Origin: an uncultured Alphaproteobacteria bacterium
GTDB lineage: Bacteria; Pseudomonadota; Alphaproteobacteria; ATCC43930; CGMCC-115725
Length of the DNA stretch: 64,000 bases
NCBI GenBank assembly: GCA_963832575.1
Contig: CAWHUT010000002.1
Span: 125,827 to 189,826 of the forward strand
Direction: 5' to 3'
Under the pieces are notes generated by a model. It was not told the origin of the DNA and ran no database searches. It saw nothing but the letters and a program-made list of their open reading frames with translations. Shown piece after piece: positions 63,307-64,000 of this stretch (the stretch's first letter is position 1; every line of letters starts with the position of its first letter). A program made the translations under genes and the position numbers.

Positions 63307-63777
63307 GTGAATTTCTTTGGCGCCGTGGTCGCGATGCTGCTGCTGGTCGCAGCCGCCGGATCGGCCAAAGCCGACGATGTCGGCTGCATCAGCACCACGT
63401 TCAACCTGCTGTCGCCCAACGACAAGGTCTGCGTCAGCGATTTCGAGGATCGCCGGGTCCCCGGCGTTGTCTGCCACATCTCGCAGGCGCGAAAGGGCGG
63501 CTGGGGACAGCCGTTCGGCCTCAACGAGGACCCGTCGAATTTCTCGGTGGCGTGTCGTCAGGTCGGCCCGATCACCGTGGACCTTTCCAAGCTGCCCGAG
63601 AACGAGGAAGCGTTCAGCGAGAAGACCAGCATCTTCTTCAAGGCCACGCGCATCTATCGCATGGTCGACAAGAAGCACAACACGCTGGTCTACCTCGCCA
63701 TCAGTTCCAAGATCATCAACGGATCGCCGGCGAATGCGATCAGCACCGTTCCGATCATGCCATGGGAGACGAAATGA
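63307..63777 (+). CDS. creA: CreA-family protein
   Basis: AAAAGGAGG RBS before GTG 63307. Signal peptide, then ...RVPGVVCHISQARKGG...LVYLAISSKIINGSPANAISTVP matches CreA as I remember it. Confidence 0.7.
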   Translation: MNFFGAVVAMLLLVAAAGSAKADDVGCISTTFNLLSPNDKVCVSDFEDRRVPGVVCHISQARKGGWGQPFGLNEDPSNFSVACRQVGPITVDLSKLPENEEAFSEKTSIFFKATRIYRMVDKKHNTLVYLAISSKIINGSPANAISTVPIMPWETK

Positions 63778-63802
63778 GCGGCGCCCACGCGCAGCCCGCT
63801 CA
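63775..63802. terminator. Possible bidirectional hairpin between convergent creA and rlpA-like genes
   Basis: TGAGCGGCGC-ccac-GCGC(agcc)CGCTCA imperfect stem overlapping both stop codons. No strong U-tract. Confidence 0.25.
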
Positions 63803-64000
63803 CTGATTCAGCGAGGATTTGAGCGAGCTGGCCTGATCGGCCGCGAATACTTCCAACCGCACCGACAGGACGCCATCGTCGGCGACCCCCAGCGCCTTGG
63901 AGGCGGCCGCCGAGAGATCGATGATGCGGCCCTTCACATGCGGGCCACGATCGTTGATGCGAACCTTGACGGTGCGACCGCTATCGAGATTGGTCACACG
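63800..64000 (-). CDS. rlpA: RlpA-family (DPBB domain) septal-ring lytic transglycosylase-like protein, C-terminal part; start outside window
   Basis: ...TNLDSGRTVKVRINDRGPHVKGRIIDLSAAASKALG is the conserved RlpA double-psi beta-barrel segment. The ORF runs off the window edge. Confidence 0.7.
   Translation of the reverse strand, partial: RVTNLDSGRTVKVRINDRGPHVKGRIIDLSAAASKALGVADDGVLSVRLEVFAADQASSLKSSLNQ

Overview
High-GC (roughly 65% by eye) chromosomal segment. Gene content and protein style suggest an alphaproteobacterium, possibly Rhizobiales-like, but this is inference only. I recognised no rRNA, tRNA, CRISPR array, transposase or integrase. About 55 protein-coding genes fall into six blocks. 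(i) 0-15.4 kb: a catabolic and transport island for a nitrogenous amide or heterocycle-type compound. It holds two NMT1-like ABC systems, creatininase-, isochorismatase-, enamidase-like and CocE-type hydrolases, 2OG, FAD, cupin and SDR enzymes, and a LysR regulator. A 41-nt operator-like motif occurs three times, and two amidohydrolase genes are decayed. (ii) 15.4-19.2 kb: AI-2E transporter, orphan Rieske oxygenase, MetE-like Zn enzyme. (iii) 19.3-24.9 kb: an envelope signalling cluster with OmpA-like protein, a soluble Ser/Thr kinase, an output-less periplasmic haem-c (DUF3365)-HAMP sensor, and three exported proteins of unknown function. (iv) 25.6-43.5 kb: a dense two-component signalling island. 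It is led by a soluble kinase of about 2,118 aa with eleven perfectly phased 276-bp HAMP units (frameshifted as sequenced), followed by three more hybrid kinases, lone receivers, an OmpR regulator and a DHp-REC-cyclase. (v) 43.6-52.8 kb: an aromatic-acid cluster with a pobA-like hydroxylase, VOC, FAH and hydrolase genes, and a divergent operon encoding a signal-less TAXI-like protein, two tandem 3-hydroxyanthranilate-dioxygenase-like cupins and an NTF2 protein. (vi) 52.9-64 kb: mixed genes, including O-antigen ligase, a second MetE-like gene, an SLT/MBL pair, a DJ-1/GlxA pair, an LLM oxidoreductase, CreA and RlpA. All family calls come from motif recognition by eye in the supplied translations; no database search or computation was possible. 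The best candidates for undescribed biology are the signalling island, especially the poly-HAMP kinase and the ATPase-less DHp-REC-cyclase, the haem-sensor/Ser-Thr-kinase pair, and the tandem HAO-like cupin operon.
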